This document shows, in pieces, positions 10,363 through 21,600 of a stretch of 64,000 bases of DNA. Numbering within the stretch: the first letter of the stretch is position 1; each line of letters begins with the position of its first letter. Origin of the DNA: an uncultured delta proteobacterium (lineage in GTDB: Bacteria; Myxococcota; Kuafuiibacteriia; Kuafuiibacteriales; Kuafuiibacteriaceae). The DNA lies in assembly GCA_963803435.1 (NCBI GenBank), contig CAWDML010000011.1, positions 12,674-76,673 on the forward strand. The letters are read 5' to 3'. The position numbers and the translations under genes are program-made. The notes under the pieces are model-generated. The model did not search any database, was not told the DNA's origin, and saw only the letters and a list, made by a program, of their open reading frames with translations.

Positions 10363-10392
10363 TGAGGCATAATTATCGATAATTATGGCTCA
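10363..10392. promoter_or_regulatory. AT-rich palindrome, putative operator
   Basis: Perfect 20-bp palindrome CATAATTATCGATAATTATG (10368-10387) extended by TGAG/CTCA after one mismatch. Confidence 0.55.
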
Positions 10393-10406
10393 TTCAGGCC
10401 TACATC

Positions 10407-11864
10407 TCAGTACACGAACGTCAGCGTCAGATCGAAGGTCGTGAAGTTCTCGGCCGTCGACGCCGTGTCGAAGAACGGGAACCGGAGCGAGCCGTTGCTG
10501 GAGCCGCTGTAGATGTACGGGCTCTGGTACGTGGTGATGTCGGCGCCGAGCGTCCAGTTGTCGTTGAACGCGTAGGCGACCGCGACCTCGGCCAGGGTCA
10601 GGTTCAACCAGGTGTTGTCCGTGACGTACGGCGACTTCGTGACCTCGACGCCCGCCGGATCCTCGCCGTTGTTCTGGGCGAAGTAGCGGACGCTGTAGAT
10701 CGCCAGCGAGACGCCGACGGTGACCGGTCCCCAGATGTAGCTGATCCCGAGATCGTTGATGAAGGTGAAGTTCGAGTTGCGCTGGTTGCCGATGCACTCG
10801 CCGTTCTTGATGTTGGTGACGCGGCAGATCTGCGCCACGGCCGAGCCCTTGTCGAAGTTCACCTGGCGCGCCGAGAAGTCCTTACGGAAGGTGGTGCCCA
10901 GCGCCAGCGAGAGATCGCCGGGTCCGAGCTTCTCGAAGGTGCGGCCGAGGCGCGCGCCCACGCCCCAGCGCAGCCAGCGCTTCGCCGCGATGGTGAGCTT
11001 CGAGGTGGGGAGGAAGAACTCGGTGGACGCCGAGAGGCTGATGCCCGTGACCGGCTCCTTGTAGAGGCCCGCCTCGGTCACGCCCAGGCGGAGATCGCGG
11101 AAGAAGAACTCGTACTGCTTCGTCTGCCCCACCGCGGAGTCGACCAGCGTGTTCGCCAGAACCTGGTCGGCGGCGAGCCGGATGAATCCGTCGAGGTTTC
11201 CGTCGAGCAGCTTGGTGAGGGTGTACTTGCCGCTGGTGTCGATCGACCAGCCGAACGACGGCGAGCGGGTGTCGCCGTTGGAAGTGAGAAACGCGGCGCC
11301 CAGGGACAGGCCGAGGTTCGCAGTCACCGACCACGGCTTGCTGGGCGTCTCAGGGTTGGCCTCGGCGCTGATCTGCGGCGCGACCACGCCCTGGTCTCCA
11401 GCGGTCGGGGTCAGCCCGCCTGCGGGTGCCGGCGTTTCGATCGGTGCGGCCTCGGGTGCGGGCGCCGGCTCTGCGGCGGGCGTGGCTTCGGGCGCCGGCG
11501 CGTCCGCGGGCTTTGGCTCCGCGACCGGTGCGGCCTCGTCGGCGGGGGCGGCGTCATCCGCGGGCTTGGCCTCATCGACGGGCGCGGCCTCGTCGGCGGG
11601 CTTGGTCTCTTCGACGGGCTTCGCTTCGTCGGCGGCCTTGTCGGCGTCGGCCGGGGCTTGATCGTCCGGCGTCGCCTCGTCCTTCTTCTCTTCGGCCTTC
11701 TTCTTCGCCGCCTCGTCGTCCTTGGCCGGCGCAGCGGCCTTCTCGTCCTTCTTGGGGGCGTCGACGTTCTCGTTCGCAGGGGGCGTCTGCTGCGCTGAGG
11801 CGACGGCGAGCGGACTCACCGTGAAGACCGAAACCAACAGCGCGCGGAACCAAATCCCGTTCAT
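10407..11864 (-). CDS. Putative outer-membrane beta-barrel protein with acidic Pro/Ala-rich N-terminal repeats
   Basis: GGAGG RBS, signal peptide MNGIWFRALLVSVF, PADEAA-type repeats, amphipathic strands, C-terminal LTLTFVY. Confidence 0.75.
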   Translation of the reverse strand: MNGIWFRALLVSVFTVSPLAVASAQQTPPANENVDAPKKDEKAAAPAKDDEAAKKKAEEKKDEATPDDQAPADADKAADEAKPVEETKPADEAAPVDEAKPADDAAPADEAAPVAEPKPADAPAPEATPAAEPAPAPEAAPIETPAPAGGLTPTAGDQGVVAPQISAEANPETPSKPWSVTANLGLSLGAAFLTSNGDTRSPSFGWSIDTSGKYTLTKLLDGNLDGFIRLAADQVLANTLVDSAVGQTKQYEFFFRDLRLGVTEAGLYKEPVTGISLSASTEFFLPTSKLTIAAKRWLRWGVGARLGRTFEKLGPGDLSLALGTTFRKDFSARQVNFDKGSAVAQICRVTNIKNGECIGNQRNSNFTFINDLGISYIWGPVTVGVSLAIYSVRYFAQNNGEDPAGVEVTKSPYVTDNTWLNLTLAEVAVAYAFNDNWTLGADITTYQSPYIYSGSSNGSLRFPFFDTASTAENFTTFDLTLTFVY

Positions 11865-12209
11865 TCCATACCTCCGCTCGAAGCTCTGCTCGAAGCTGGC
11901 GCGGGCGTCGGGGCACCGCGCATCCTCCCGCACGTACTGCCCCCTCCCCACGATGACAACGATCGTTTTTTGACCGGATGAGGGGGTTTTCGTCGCACGG
12001 CGAGGTGGGGAAGACGGCTGCAGGCGTCGAGCCACCGTGACCGTGCGCAATTCCGATAGTGATTCCGCCAAGCTCTCGAATGCACGCGGGTCGGGTGAAC
12101 CTGTTAGGAACCGAACGCAGTGTCGGCCCGCTGCCGGCCCCATCCCCCCGTTAACCGATGCTCGCCGCGCCCCGACAACGGCCTTGACGGACCCCTGGCC
12201 CGAGGCGAG

Positions 12210-12926
12210 ATGACTCCCACGCCTATGAACCCGATCGTCGAGCTTCGCAGTGTCACCAAAGAGTACCCCCTGGGCGCGACGGTCGTGAAAGCGCTCCGCG
12301 GCATCGATCTCGCCTTCGAGAAGGGCGAGTTCACCACGGTCGCCGGACCTTCGGGGAGCGGCAAGACGACGCTCCTGAACCTGATCGGATGTATCGATGT
12401 CGCCACCAGCGGCGACGTGCGGGTGGCGGGCTACAGCACCAGCAAGCTCCGCGAGCGCCAGCTGACCGACCTCCGGCTCCACCAGCTCGGCTTCATCTTC
12501 CAGAGCTTCAACTTGGTGTCGGTCCTGAGCCTGCACCAGAACGTCGAGTTCCCCCTCCTCCTCCAGGGCACGCTCACCCGCAAGGAGCGGGACGATCGGG
12601 TTCGCGAGATGGTCGACAAGGTCGGCCTCACCCCGCAGCTCGGGCAGCGGCCGAACGAGCTCTCGGGCGGGCAGCGGCAGCGCGTCGCCATCGCGCGGGC
12701 GCTGGTGACCAAGCCGAGCATCGTGCTGGCCGACGAGCCGACCGCCAACCTCGACTCGGAGACCGGCAACCAGATCATCGAGCTGATGAAGGACCTCAAC
12801 CGCACCGACCACACCACCTTCATCTTCTCAACGCACGACCCGAAGGTGATGGAGCGCGCCACGCGCGTGGTCCGCATGCTGGACGGAAAGATCAGCGAGG
12901 ACGAGGAACGAAGGGTGGTGGCCTGA
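12210..12926 (+). CDS. ABC transporter ATP-binding protein (LolD/MacB family)
   Basis: GPSGSGKT, LSGGQRQRVAIARAL, LADEPTANLDS, THD. Confidence 0.95.
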   Translation: MTPTPMNPIVELRSVTKEYPLGATVVKALRGIDLAFEKGEFTTVAGPSGSGKTTLLNLIGCIDVATSGDVRVAGYSTSKLRERQLTDLRLHQLGFIFQSFNLVSVLSLHQNVEFPLLLQGTLTRKERDDRVREMVDKVGLTPQLGQRPNELSGGQRQRVAIARALVTKPSIVLADEPTANLDSETGNQIIELMKDLNRTDHTTFIFSTHDPKVMERATRVVRMLDGKISEDEERRVVA

Positions 12927-15014
12927 GTGTTCCTCTTCCGCCCCATCCTCTGGATCCTCGCGTTCCGGAATCTGTTCTCCCACAAGGTCAAGAGCCTGAT
13001 CGTCGGCTCCATCATGATCTTCGGCACCGCCCTGGTGGTGTTCGGGACGTCGTTGCTCGATAGCGTCGAGCGGTCGATGTCCGAGTCGATCACCGCCAGC
13101 GTGGCGGGCCATCTGCAGGTCTATTCGGGCGAGGCCAAGGACGAGCTCTCGCTGTTCGGCGGTGGATACATGGCGGCCGACGACGTGGGACGCATCGATC
13201 GCTTCGCCGACGTGAAGACCGCGCTCGAGGGCGTCGAGAACGTCAAGGCGGTGGTGCCGATGGGCATCGACCTGGCGTCGGCCACCAGCCCGGGCGAGCT
13301 GGAGCGTGCGCTCGGCGAGCTCCGCCGCGCGGTGCGCGAGAAGAACGACCAGCCCATCCCGGCCCTCCAGACGCAGATCACCGAGATTGTGTCGCTGATG
13401 AAGCAGGAGATGACGGCGAGCAAGTCCATCGCTGAGGACAAGAGCCGTTACGTCACCTCGCTCGAGCTCGTCGATCAGGTGCTTGCCCCCGGCTTCTGGG
13501 ACGACTTCGCCCAGGATCCCTACGGGAAGCTGGAGTTCCTCGACACCAAGATCGCGACGCTGACCGAGGACGGCCGGCTCCTCTACTTCCGCTACATCGG
13601 GACCGACCTCACGCAGTTCGCCGAGAACTTCTCGCGCTTCGAGATCGTGAAGGGCGAGACGGTGCCGCCGAACAAGCGCGGCTTCCTCTTCAACGACAAG
13701 TTCTACGAGGAGCTGGTCAAGAACTACACGGCCCGCGGGCTCGACAAGATCCACGTCGAGGTGGCCGAGAAGGGGAAGAAGATCGCCGACGACCCGACGC
13801 TGCAGGCGATGGTCCGCCAGACCGCGCGCCAGTACAAGCGCATCACCTATCAGCTCGATCCGAGCGAGGCCAAAGAGCTCGAGGGCAAGCTACATACGCT
13901 CCTCCCTGAGGTGCAAGGTGGATTGACGGAGCTGGTGAAGGCGTTCCTGACGGTCGACGACGCCAACCTCGAGGAGCGCTACGCCTTCTTCTACCAGGAG
14001 ATCGCGCCCAAGATTCAGCTCTACGACATCGACGTCGGCGACACGATCACGCTCAACGCGTTCACGCGGAGCGGCTTCCTCAAGTCGATCAACCTCAAGT
14101 TCTACGGGACGTTTCGCTTCCGAGGGCTCGAGAAATCGGCGCTGGCCGGCGGCCACAGCCTCATGGACATCCTCAGCTTCCGCGAGCTGTACGGGCTAAT
14201 GACGGAGGCCAAGAAGAAGGAGCTCTCCGCGATCAAGGAGGAGGTCGGGCTCGAGGACGTCGATCGGGCGAACGCCGAGGACGCGCTCTTCGGAGACTCG
14301 ACCGAGGTGGTGGGGAAGACGGAGGACGTCGGTTTCAACGAGTTCGACGGCGTCACCATGACCGGCGAGCGCGACCGGCTGAAGGCGCTGGTCGAGTCGA
14401 GCTACACCAAGGAGGACGTCGAGGGCGGGCTGGCGCTCAATGCGGCCGTGATCCTCGACGATCCGGTGCGGCTCCAGGAGTCGATCGTGAAGGTGAAGGC
14501 CGCGCTCGACGAGGCGGGCCTCAACATGAAGGTGGTCGACTGGCAGGCCGCCTCCGGGATCGTCGGCCAGTTCATCATCGTCATCAAGCTGGTGCTCTAT
14601 ATCGCGATCTTCATCATCTTCACGGTGGCGCTGGTCATCATCAACAACTCGATGGTGATGGCGACGATGGAGCGCGTCACCGAGATCGGAACCATGCGTG
14701 CGATCGGCGCGCGCAAGAACCTGGTCCTGTCGATGTTCCTCCTGGAGACGATCACGCTGGGGTTGATCGCCGGCGCCATCGGCTCCGGGCTGTCAGCGTC
14801 GTTCGTGATCTGGCTGGCGCACGCCGGCATCCCGGCCCCATCGGACGTCACGGTCTTCATGTTCGGCGGGCCGCGGCTCTACCCCGCGATCCACTTCTCG
14901 AACGTGGTGGTCGGCCTCATCACCATCCTGCTGGTCAGCATCGTCTCGACGATGTACCCGGCCTATCTCGCCGCCAAGATCCAGCCGGTGATGGCGATGC
15001 GGGCGAAGGAGTAA
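12927..15014 (+). CDS. FtsX/LolC-E-like ABC permease with large periplasmic domain
   Basis: AFRNL N-terminus, ERVTEIGTMRAIGA motif, 4-TM layout. Confidence 0.9.
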   Translation: MFLFRPILWILAFRNLFSHKVKSLIVGSIMIFGTALVVFGTSLLDSVERSMSESITASVAGHLQVYSGEAKDELSLFGGGYMAADDVGRIDRFADVKTALEGVENVKAVVPMGIDLASATSPGELERALGELRRAVREKNDQPIPALQTQITEIVSLMKQEMTASKSIAEDKSRYVTSLELVDQVLAPGFWDDFAQDPYGKLEFLDTKIATLTEDGRLLYFRYIGTDLTQFAENFSRFEIVKGETVPPNKRGFLFNDKFYEELVKNYTARGLDKIHVEVAEKGKKIADDPTLQAMVRQTARQYKRITYQLDPSEAKELEGKLHTLLPEVQGGLTELVKAFLTVDDANLEERYAFFYQEIAPKIQLYDIDVGDTITLNAFTRSGFLKSINLKFYGTFRFRGLEKSALAGGHSLMDILSFRELYGLMTEAKKKELSAIKEEVGLEDVDRANAEDALFGDSTEVVGKTEDVGFNEFDGVTMTGERDRLKALVESSYTKEDVEGGLALNAAVILDDPVRLQESIVKVKAALDEAGLNMKVVDWQAASGIVGQFIIVIKLVLYIAIFIIFTVALVIINNSMVMATMERVTEIGTMRAIGARKNLVLSMFLLETITLGLIAGAIGSGLSASFVIWLAHAGIPAPSDVTVFMFGGPRLYPAIHFSNVVVGLITILLVSIVSTMYPAYLAAKIQPVMAMRAKE

Positions 15015-15017
15015 GGA

Positions 15018-16367
15018 ATGGGGTGGCTCATCTTCGTCCGGATCGCCTTCCGCAACCTGGTCCAGGCCCGGAAGCGCACCTTCCTGCTCGGCCTGGCCCT
15101 CGCGGTCGTGACCATGCTGTTGATCCTGCTCCTGTCACTGTCGCAGGGCCTGGCGGACACTATGCTCCGGTCGGCCACCACGCTGATGACGGGGCACGTC
15201 AACGTCTCGGGCTGGTTCAAGTCGCGGCCGACCAGCGCCGGTCCGATCGTCACAAAGAGCCCGGAGCTGCGGAAGCTGGTGGAGGAGAACGTCCCTGGTG
15301 TCGACTACGTGATCGATCGATCGCGCGGCTGGGGACGCGTCATCAGCGATTCGTCGTCGTTGCAGGCCGGTCTGACCGGCATCAACGTCGCGGAGGAGGG
15401 CGCGTTCCTGTCGACGATCCGGCTGGCCCAGGAGTCGGAGTTCGTCGAGGGCGGGCGCGACGAGATCACCGGCGACGTCCAGAAGCTCGCGCAGCCGAAC
15501 CAGGCGCTGATCTTCGCGGGCCAGGCGAAGCGGCTCAACGTCCGCCCCGGCGACACCGTCACCGTGATGGTGGAGACGTTCCAGGGCGCCCGCAACACCG
15601 CCGAGTTCACCATCGCGGCGGTCGCGAAGGACGTGGGCTTCATGAGCAACTGGAGCTTCTTCGCCTCCAAGGAGTCGATCTCGAAGCTCTACAACCTCAG
15701 CAGTGACACCACCGGCGCGATCCAGGTCTATCTCAAGGACCACACCAAGGCGAACGAGGTCATGGGTCACCTGCGGACGGTCATCGGGGACGCGGGCTAT
15801 GAGCTGATGGAGCACGATCCCAAGCCGTTCTGGATGAAGTTCGAGACGGTGGCCGGCGAGGACTGGACCGGGCAGCGGATCGACCTGACGATCTGGAGCG
15901 ACGAGGTCTCGTTCCTGCTCTGGGTGCTCACGGCCGTCGACAGCATCTCGTTCCTGCTGATCGGGATCCTTCTGGTGATCATCGCGATCGGGATCATGAA
16001 CAGCATGTGGATCGCGGTGCGCGAGCGGACCTCCGAGATCGGGACGCTGCGGGCGATCGGGATGTCGCGCGGGCGCGTGCTGGTGATGTTCCTGCTCGAG
16101 TCCGTGATCCTCGGGATCTTCGCCACGCTGATCGGAGGTATCGCCGGCATGGGGATCGCGCGGGCGATCGACGCCGCGCACATCGTGGTGCCCTGGTCGG
16201 CGGTGCGCGCGATCCTGATGAGCGACGTGATCCACCTGGTGGTGGGGCCGATGCAGCTGGTCGGGGCCGTGGTCGTGTTCAGCCTGGTCGCGGGGGTGGC
16301 GGCGCTCTGGCCGGCCCTGCGCGCCTCTCGGATGCAGCCCGTCACGGCGATCCATCACGTCGGGTAG
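15018..16367 (+). CDS. FtsX/LolC-E-like ABC permease
   Basis: IAFRNL, ERTSEIGTLRAIGM, WPALRASRMQPV. Confidence 0.92.
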   Translation: MGWLIFVRIAFRNLVQARKRTFLLGLALAVVTMLLILLLSLSQGLADTMLRSATTLMTGHVNVSGWFKSRPTSAGPIVTKSPELRKLVEENVPGVDYVIDRSRGWGRVISDSSSLQAGLTGINVAEEGAFLSTIRLAQESEFVEGGRDEITGDVQKLAQPNQALIFAGQAKRLNVRPGDTVTVMVETFQGARNTAEFTIAAVAKDVGFMSNWSFFASKESISKLYNLSSDTTGAIQVYLKDHTKANEVMGHLRTVIGDAGYELMEHDPKPFWMKFETVAGEDWTGQRIDLTIWSDEVSFLLWVLTAVDSISFLLIGILLVIIAIGIMNSMWIAVRERTSEIGTLRAIGMSRGRVLVMFLLESVILGIFATLIGGIAGMGIARAIDAAHIVVPWSAVRAILMSDVIHLVVGPMQLVGAVVVFSLVAGVAALWPALRASRMQPVTAIHHVG

Positions 16368-16379
16368 TTAGGAGCGAGC

Positions 16380-17153
16380 ATGAAGACAGCAACGTACGCA
16401 ATCACCGCAGCGCTCTTGCTCTCGCCGGCGGCGGCCTTCGCGATCTCACAGGAGCAGACCGACGCGATCGTGAAGGAGATCGACGAGCGCCAGCGCAACT
16501 CGGGCGACTACAAGGCGCTCTGCTACATCGAGCAGAAGGAGCGGGGGAAGAACGACCTCGTCTATCAGGCGGTCTTCTACCGCCGCGACGAGGACGACAA
16601 GCTGATGATCCTCTTCCTCAAGCCCAAGTCGGAGGCCGGCAAGGGCTACCTGCGTCTAGACAAGAACCTGTTCCTCTACGACCCCACCGTCGGCAAGTGG
16701 GAGCGGCGGACCGAGCGCGAGCGGATCCTGGGGACCGACTCCCGGCGAGCCGACTTCGACGAGTCGCGACTCCACGAGGAGTACGACGCCAAGTGGGTCG
16801 GTGAGGAGGCGATCAAGAAGTTCAAGGTGAACCATCTCCACCTCGAGGCGAAGGCCGACGCCGACGTCGCGTACCCCATCCTCGATCTCTGGGTGGACGT
16901 GGACACCAACAACGTCCTGAAGCGCGAGGATCACGCGCTGAGCAAGAAGCTGATGCGGACCACCTATTACCCGAAGTGGAAGAAGGTCTTCTCGGAGTCC
17001 AAGAACGCCGACGTGTACTATCCGGAGGAGATCCACATCTTCGACGAGATCCAGAAGGGGAACAAGACGACCGTCGCGATCACGAAGGTCGATCTCCACT
17101 CGCTCTCCGCGAACCTGTTCACCAAGGCTTGGCTGGAGAGCAAGTCTCGATGA
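16380..17153 (+). CDS. Outer-membrane lipoprotein-sorting (LolA-like) protein
   Basis: Signal peptide, FLKPKSEAGKGYL, ILGTD...DF, LFTKAWLE; operon context. Confidence 0.8.
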   Translation: MKTATYAITAALLLSPAAAFAISQEQTDAIVKEIDERQRNSGDYKALCYIEQKERGKNDLVYQAVFYRRDEDDKLMILFLKPKSEAGKGYLRLDKNLFLYDPTVGKWERRTERERILGTDSRRADFDESRLHEEYDAKWVGEEAIKKFKVNHLHLEAKADADVAYPILDLWVDVDTNNVLKREDHALSKKLMRTTYYPKWKKVFSESKNADVYYPEEIHIFDEIQKGNKTTVAITKVDLHSLSANLFTKAWLESKSR

Positions 17154-18586
17154 GCTTCGGCCTGCTGGGCCTCCTCGTGGCGGCCCAGGTCTCCACCGCC
17201 TCCACTTCGACGGGAGCGGAGTCATTCGACCGGGAGGACGCCATCTTCGGCGACGACACGCCCGAGGCGGTGGTGCCGCCGGCGGACGACGAGAGGCGGG
17301 CGGAGTCAATCGTGCCGGGCGTGGAGAGCCACGAAGGCGTCATCGACGCGCTGGAGGCGCGGCTGGGGGCCACGCAGGACTACCTCGACATCGGCGGGGC
17401 GCTCTGGCTCTGGCTCGAGTACGATGCGCTCGAGCACGGCGATGCCGGCGCCTTCAAGCTGCGCAGCCCGAGCTTCCTCGATCTCTACGCGGACGCGCGG
17501 CCGACCGATCGGATCAGGGCCTTCGTGCAAGGCAGGTTGCGGTACGATTTCACCGTCAAGGCGGGGACGCAGGATCCTCTGACCGGGGTCGAGCAGAAGA
17601 AGATCGACGTGCTCCTCGACCAGTTCTGGATCAAGTTCGACATCTTGCGAACGATCTTTGTCACCGTCGGCAAGGAGCGGATCCGGTGGGGGGTGGGACA
17701 GATCTGGCAGCCCACGGACTTCATCAACCAGCAGCGGAGAGATCCGATCGCGCTGTTCGATCAGCGGTTGGGCGTTCCGCTCCTGAAGCTGCACCTCCCG
17801 ATCGAGTCGCTGGGCTGGAACTTCTACGCGATCGCGAACCTCGATGAGACGGACCAGATCGCCAAGGTGGGCGGCGCCTTCCGGGCGGAGTTGGTGCTGG
17901 GCCCGGCGGAGCTGGGGCTGTCGGCGGCGGTCAAAAAGGACGCGCCGCAGCGGCTCGGGGCCGACGTCTCCTTCGGGCTCTGGCTCTTCGACCTCCGGGC
18001 GGAGGTCGCGGTCTCCCACCGGGTGACGACGACGTTCCTCCGCGGCGATCCGGACCTCTCGGACGGTGTCACCATCGAGGATCTGCAGGCGGTGGAGCGG
18101 ATCGATCGGCGCGGGGACTGGATCCCGCAGGTGGTCGCTGGCGCGGACATCACCATCCCGTACACGGACCAGGACACGATCACGATCGGCGGGGAGTACT
18201 TCTACAACGACGCGGGGATCTCGAACCCGTCGCTCTATCCCTTCCTCTTCCTGGAGGGCACGTACATGCCGTTCTACGTGGGCCGGCACTACGCCGCGCT
18301 GTTCGTGCTGTTGAACGCGCCGGGCGACTGGAACAACACCAACTTCAGCCTGAGCGCGATCGGGAACCTCTCCGATCGCTCGTTCGTCACACGGTTCGAG
18401 TACCAGCTGTTGTTCCTCACCTATCTGTCGTTTCGGGCTTACGTGAACGTCCACTTCGGAAAGGAGGGGGAGCTGCACCTCGGCTACGACATCCCTCCCG
18501 GCGGCACGGTCCCAGGGCTCGAGAACGGGTTCCGGTTGGTCCCGCCGCTCCTGGACGTGGGCGCGGCGCTGGTCGTTCAGCTCTAG
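17150..18586 (+). CDS. Putative outer-membrane beta-barrel protein
   Basis: ATGA overlap, signal peptide, TVGKERIRWGVGQIWQPTDFIN motif seen in barrels paired with LolA-like genes. Confidence 0.75.
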   Translation: MSFGLLGLLVAAQVSTASTSTGAESFDREDAIFGDDTPEAVVPPADDERRAESIVPGVESHEGVIDALEARLGATQDYLDIGGALWLWLEYDALEHGDAGAFKLRSPSFLDLYADARPTDRIRAFVQGRLRYDFTVKAGTQDPLTGVEQKKIDVLLDQFWIKFDILRTIFVTVGKERIRWGVGQIWQPTDFINQQRRDPIALFDQRLGVPLLKLHLPIESLGWNFYAIANLDETDQIAKVGGAFRAELVLGPAELGLSAAVKKDAPQRLGADVSFGLWLFDLRAEVAVSHRVTTTFLRGDPDLSDGVTIEDLQAVERIDRRGDWIPQVVAGADITIPYTDQDTITIGGEYFYNDAGISNPSLYPFLFLEGTYMPFYVGRHYAALFVLLNAPGDWNNTNFSLSAIGNLSDRSFVTRFEYQLLFLTYLSFRAYVNVHFGKEGELHLGYDIPPGGTVPGLENGFRLVPPLLDVGAALVVQL

Positions 18587-18607
18587 CTCGTGTTAAGGCG
18601 GCGGCCG

Positions 18608-21600
18608 ATGGCGCGCAGTCTCGACGAGCTCGAGGTCGCCTTCTGTGACGAGGATACGCCCACCTGGACGGCGGCAGCCTGCGAGATCGGGCGGCGCGCG
18701 GTCCAAGAGCCGCGGCTGATCGCCTTCCTGAAGACTTGGTTGGAGAGCGTCCAGCAGAGCGAGACCAACATTCATCGGTTCCGGCACGCCTGCTGCGGGC
18801 TGGCCAGCTATCTGTCGCAGGCGGGCGCGGACCGGGCGCCCTTTGCGGAGACGATCGCGCTCGAGATCGTCGGTCCGCTCACGTTCCTGGCGTTTCGCGG
18901 GTTGCCGGAGGGCGCGGTGATCCGGGACCTGGCGCAGCTCGGCCTGGACCAGGCCTTCGAGCGCTGGAAGCAGGCGCAGATCGAGAAGCGGAAGAAGGAG
19001 ATCGCGAAGTTCGAGCGGGCCGGCAAGGCCCAGGCCCTCGCCGCCAACCAGCAGAAGCTGGAGATGCTCGAAGCGCTGTCGCCGGAGTCCGTGCTGCCGC
19101 CCGACTTCTCGCCCGAGACCAAGGTTCACGATCACTCGCCCTGGGCGCTGACCTCGTACTTCGCCGGCGCAGCCTCGATCGCAGCGCTGATGGGGCTGCC
19201 GCTGGTGCCGCTGGTCCGCGGGCTCTGCCAGATCGCGCTCGAGCGGAGGAACGGCGGGCTGCCCTTCGTGCTCAACGTCCCCGACATGTTGAGGGCGATC
19301 CGGGAGGAGACGCCGGCGGACGACTGGGAGGCGGCGCGGGCGTTGCTGGTGGAGAACGTCTCCCCGACCTGGATCAACGAGCGGCTCCACTACAACGACT
19401 ATCTGCTGGCGCTGGCGAGCTGCTGCGGCGAGGGCGCCTTCGCGGAGCTCTGGGGCCGAGGGGTCACCAAGCCCGAGTGGCTCCAGGCGGATCTGGCCGT
19501 GCTCGCCGCCGTGGGCGACGCGGAGGCGCCCCGGGCCGCGGCGAGGATCATGCGTCGGATCGCGCGGGAGCTGTTCTCCGACGATTGGCGCTGGCACGAG
19601 CTCGACGAGGGGGCGCGCTTCTCGCTGAACGTCTTCACGCTGCTCATGATCCACGGGACGGATCCGCTCCGCGGCGCCGGTGCGGGGAAGCGCTCGTCCT
19701 CGCTCTCGGTGCGGCACCGGCTGGCGATCCTGATGAAGGCGATCGAGGCCAGCTACCACGCGCGCGAGCAGGTGCTGCCTGCGCTGGTGCGCTGTCTCAA
19801 GCTCCTCCTCGATCGGGAGCTGCGCGCTCGCAACAAGAACGAGGATCTGCTGGAGCTGTGCGCGCGCCAGGTGTCGATGGTGCGGCCGCTGGTCGCCGAG
19901 TGGCAGCTGCCCGGGACCATGCGGAAGGATCTGGCGACGATCGTCTGCCGGATCCTGCTGGCGGCCTACCAGAACGATCGGAACGTGTTCGTGAACCTGC
20001 TCTACACGGTGCTCTTCGAGCTGCCGGACGAGGTCCTGTTCCGCGAGCTCATCGAGTACTCGACGGAGGAGGAGGTCTCGAGCCTGGTCGGCGACATCGT
20101 CGAGTTGATCGAGCGCTGGCGCCGGCCGCCCGAGAAGGTGGGAGTGATCTGGGATCCGAGCGCGATGGATCGGGCGTATCAACCGGACCTGCGCGCGTTC
20201 GGGATCTACGAGCGGTTCGCAGCGAAGCTGTCGGCGATCTCGGGCGAGCGGAAGGAGCTGGTCTGGGTCCGGCACCTGCCGCGGCTGGTGGCGTTCCTGG
20301 CGCGGGTGCCGCTCGGCTATCCGCTCGGCGAGAAGGTGGTGACCGAGCCCAGGACCGAGCGCGATCAGCTCACGCTCGACGCCACCCTCTTCTGGATGCT
20401 GCGCGGGAAGCATCAGGACGTGGAGAGCTGGGAGCTCGACAGCCCCCGCGGGAAGGTCGACCGCAAGGGTGCTCAGTGGGCAGCGCAGGAGCTCAAGCGG
20501 CGCGGCGATCAGAAGGCCCGCGAGGTCTACGATCGGTTCCAGCGCACGCTCGATGACGTGCAGCTCCTCGAGACCGACTGTCTCCCCGAGGCGGGGCGGC
20601 CCCGGCCGTCCGACGATCTGGTGCGCCAGTGGCGGCGGTTGATCGCGGGGCTCGATTCGTTGAGCCGCCTCTGCGACGAGGAGCTGCCGTACCTGGAGCG
20701 GGAGCTGTGCGTGCACCTTCTCAAGGAGCGGATCGAGAACCTGGAGGTGCGCCTGCACACGCTGGTCCGGGTCCTGGAGAAGGAGGAGGAGGAGGTTGCC
20801 GTCGAGATGCTGAACGGACGGGTCCAGCGGACGGTCGACGATCCAGGCGAGCGGCTCGACTTCTCACAGGAGGATACGAACCTCATCCAGGACTGGATGC
20901 TTGACCGTTACATGATCCGCGAGCTGGCGAAGACGCTCCGGCTCTCGGCGCTGGGGATGCTGACGAGCGCCCCGTTCGTCGCGATCTGGTTGATGTCGCC
21001 GTTCCTCCTCGCGATCGTGCTCAACCGCCTCGGGCTGTCGCGCTGGAGCGGGGTGCCGTTCACTGCGATCACGCTCCTCGACCTGGTGCTGGTGGGCCTG
21101 TTTTTCTGGGAGGCGCAGCGGAGCAAGACCGCCTCTGCCGCGACCGGTAAGTTCCTGCTGCCGCAGATCACGGCCGCGCTGTTTCTCGGGATCTCCGAGC
21201 TCATCACCAACGACGAATCGTGGGCCATCGCGAACCTCGAGTATCCGTGGGTCCGCATCTTCACGGTGGTGGCGTTCCTCCTGGCGGGCTTCTTCTTCAC
21301 ACGCGAGGTGCTGCTCGGGGATCAGCTGACCAGCAAGGCGGACGTCCACAAGAAGAACGAGCGCGCAGGCTCGGTGATGGCGCTGGTCCTGTGGCAGTCA
21401 TCGGTGCTCGTCGGGATCTTCGGGATCCTCTTCGGTCGAGTGATGGGCGAGCGAATGGACATGGATCTGTTCCGCGACGCGGTGATGCAGTTCGGCGCCT
21501 GGTTGCCGCTCCAGGTGCACGTGGGCCGATGGTTCCTCGATCCGGCCACCGATCTCCCGATGGGCGGCTATCAGATCTACCCGTGGGCGCTCATGACCTG

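Noticed and set aside
10363-10392. Canonical dif site
   Set aside because: The central region is 10 bp rather than 6 bp and there is no TTATGTTAAAT XerD arm
11400-11770. Degenerate 18-bp tandem repeats
   Set aside because: Explained by the PADEAA-type low-complexity linker of the barrel protein
11865-12209. Riboswitch upstream of the barrel or ABC genes
   Set aside because: No cobalamin, TPP, SAM or c-di-GMP conserved cores recognised on either strand; an Rfam scan would be needed
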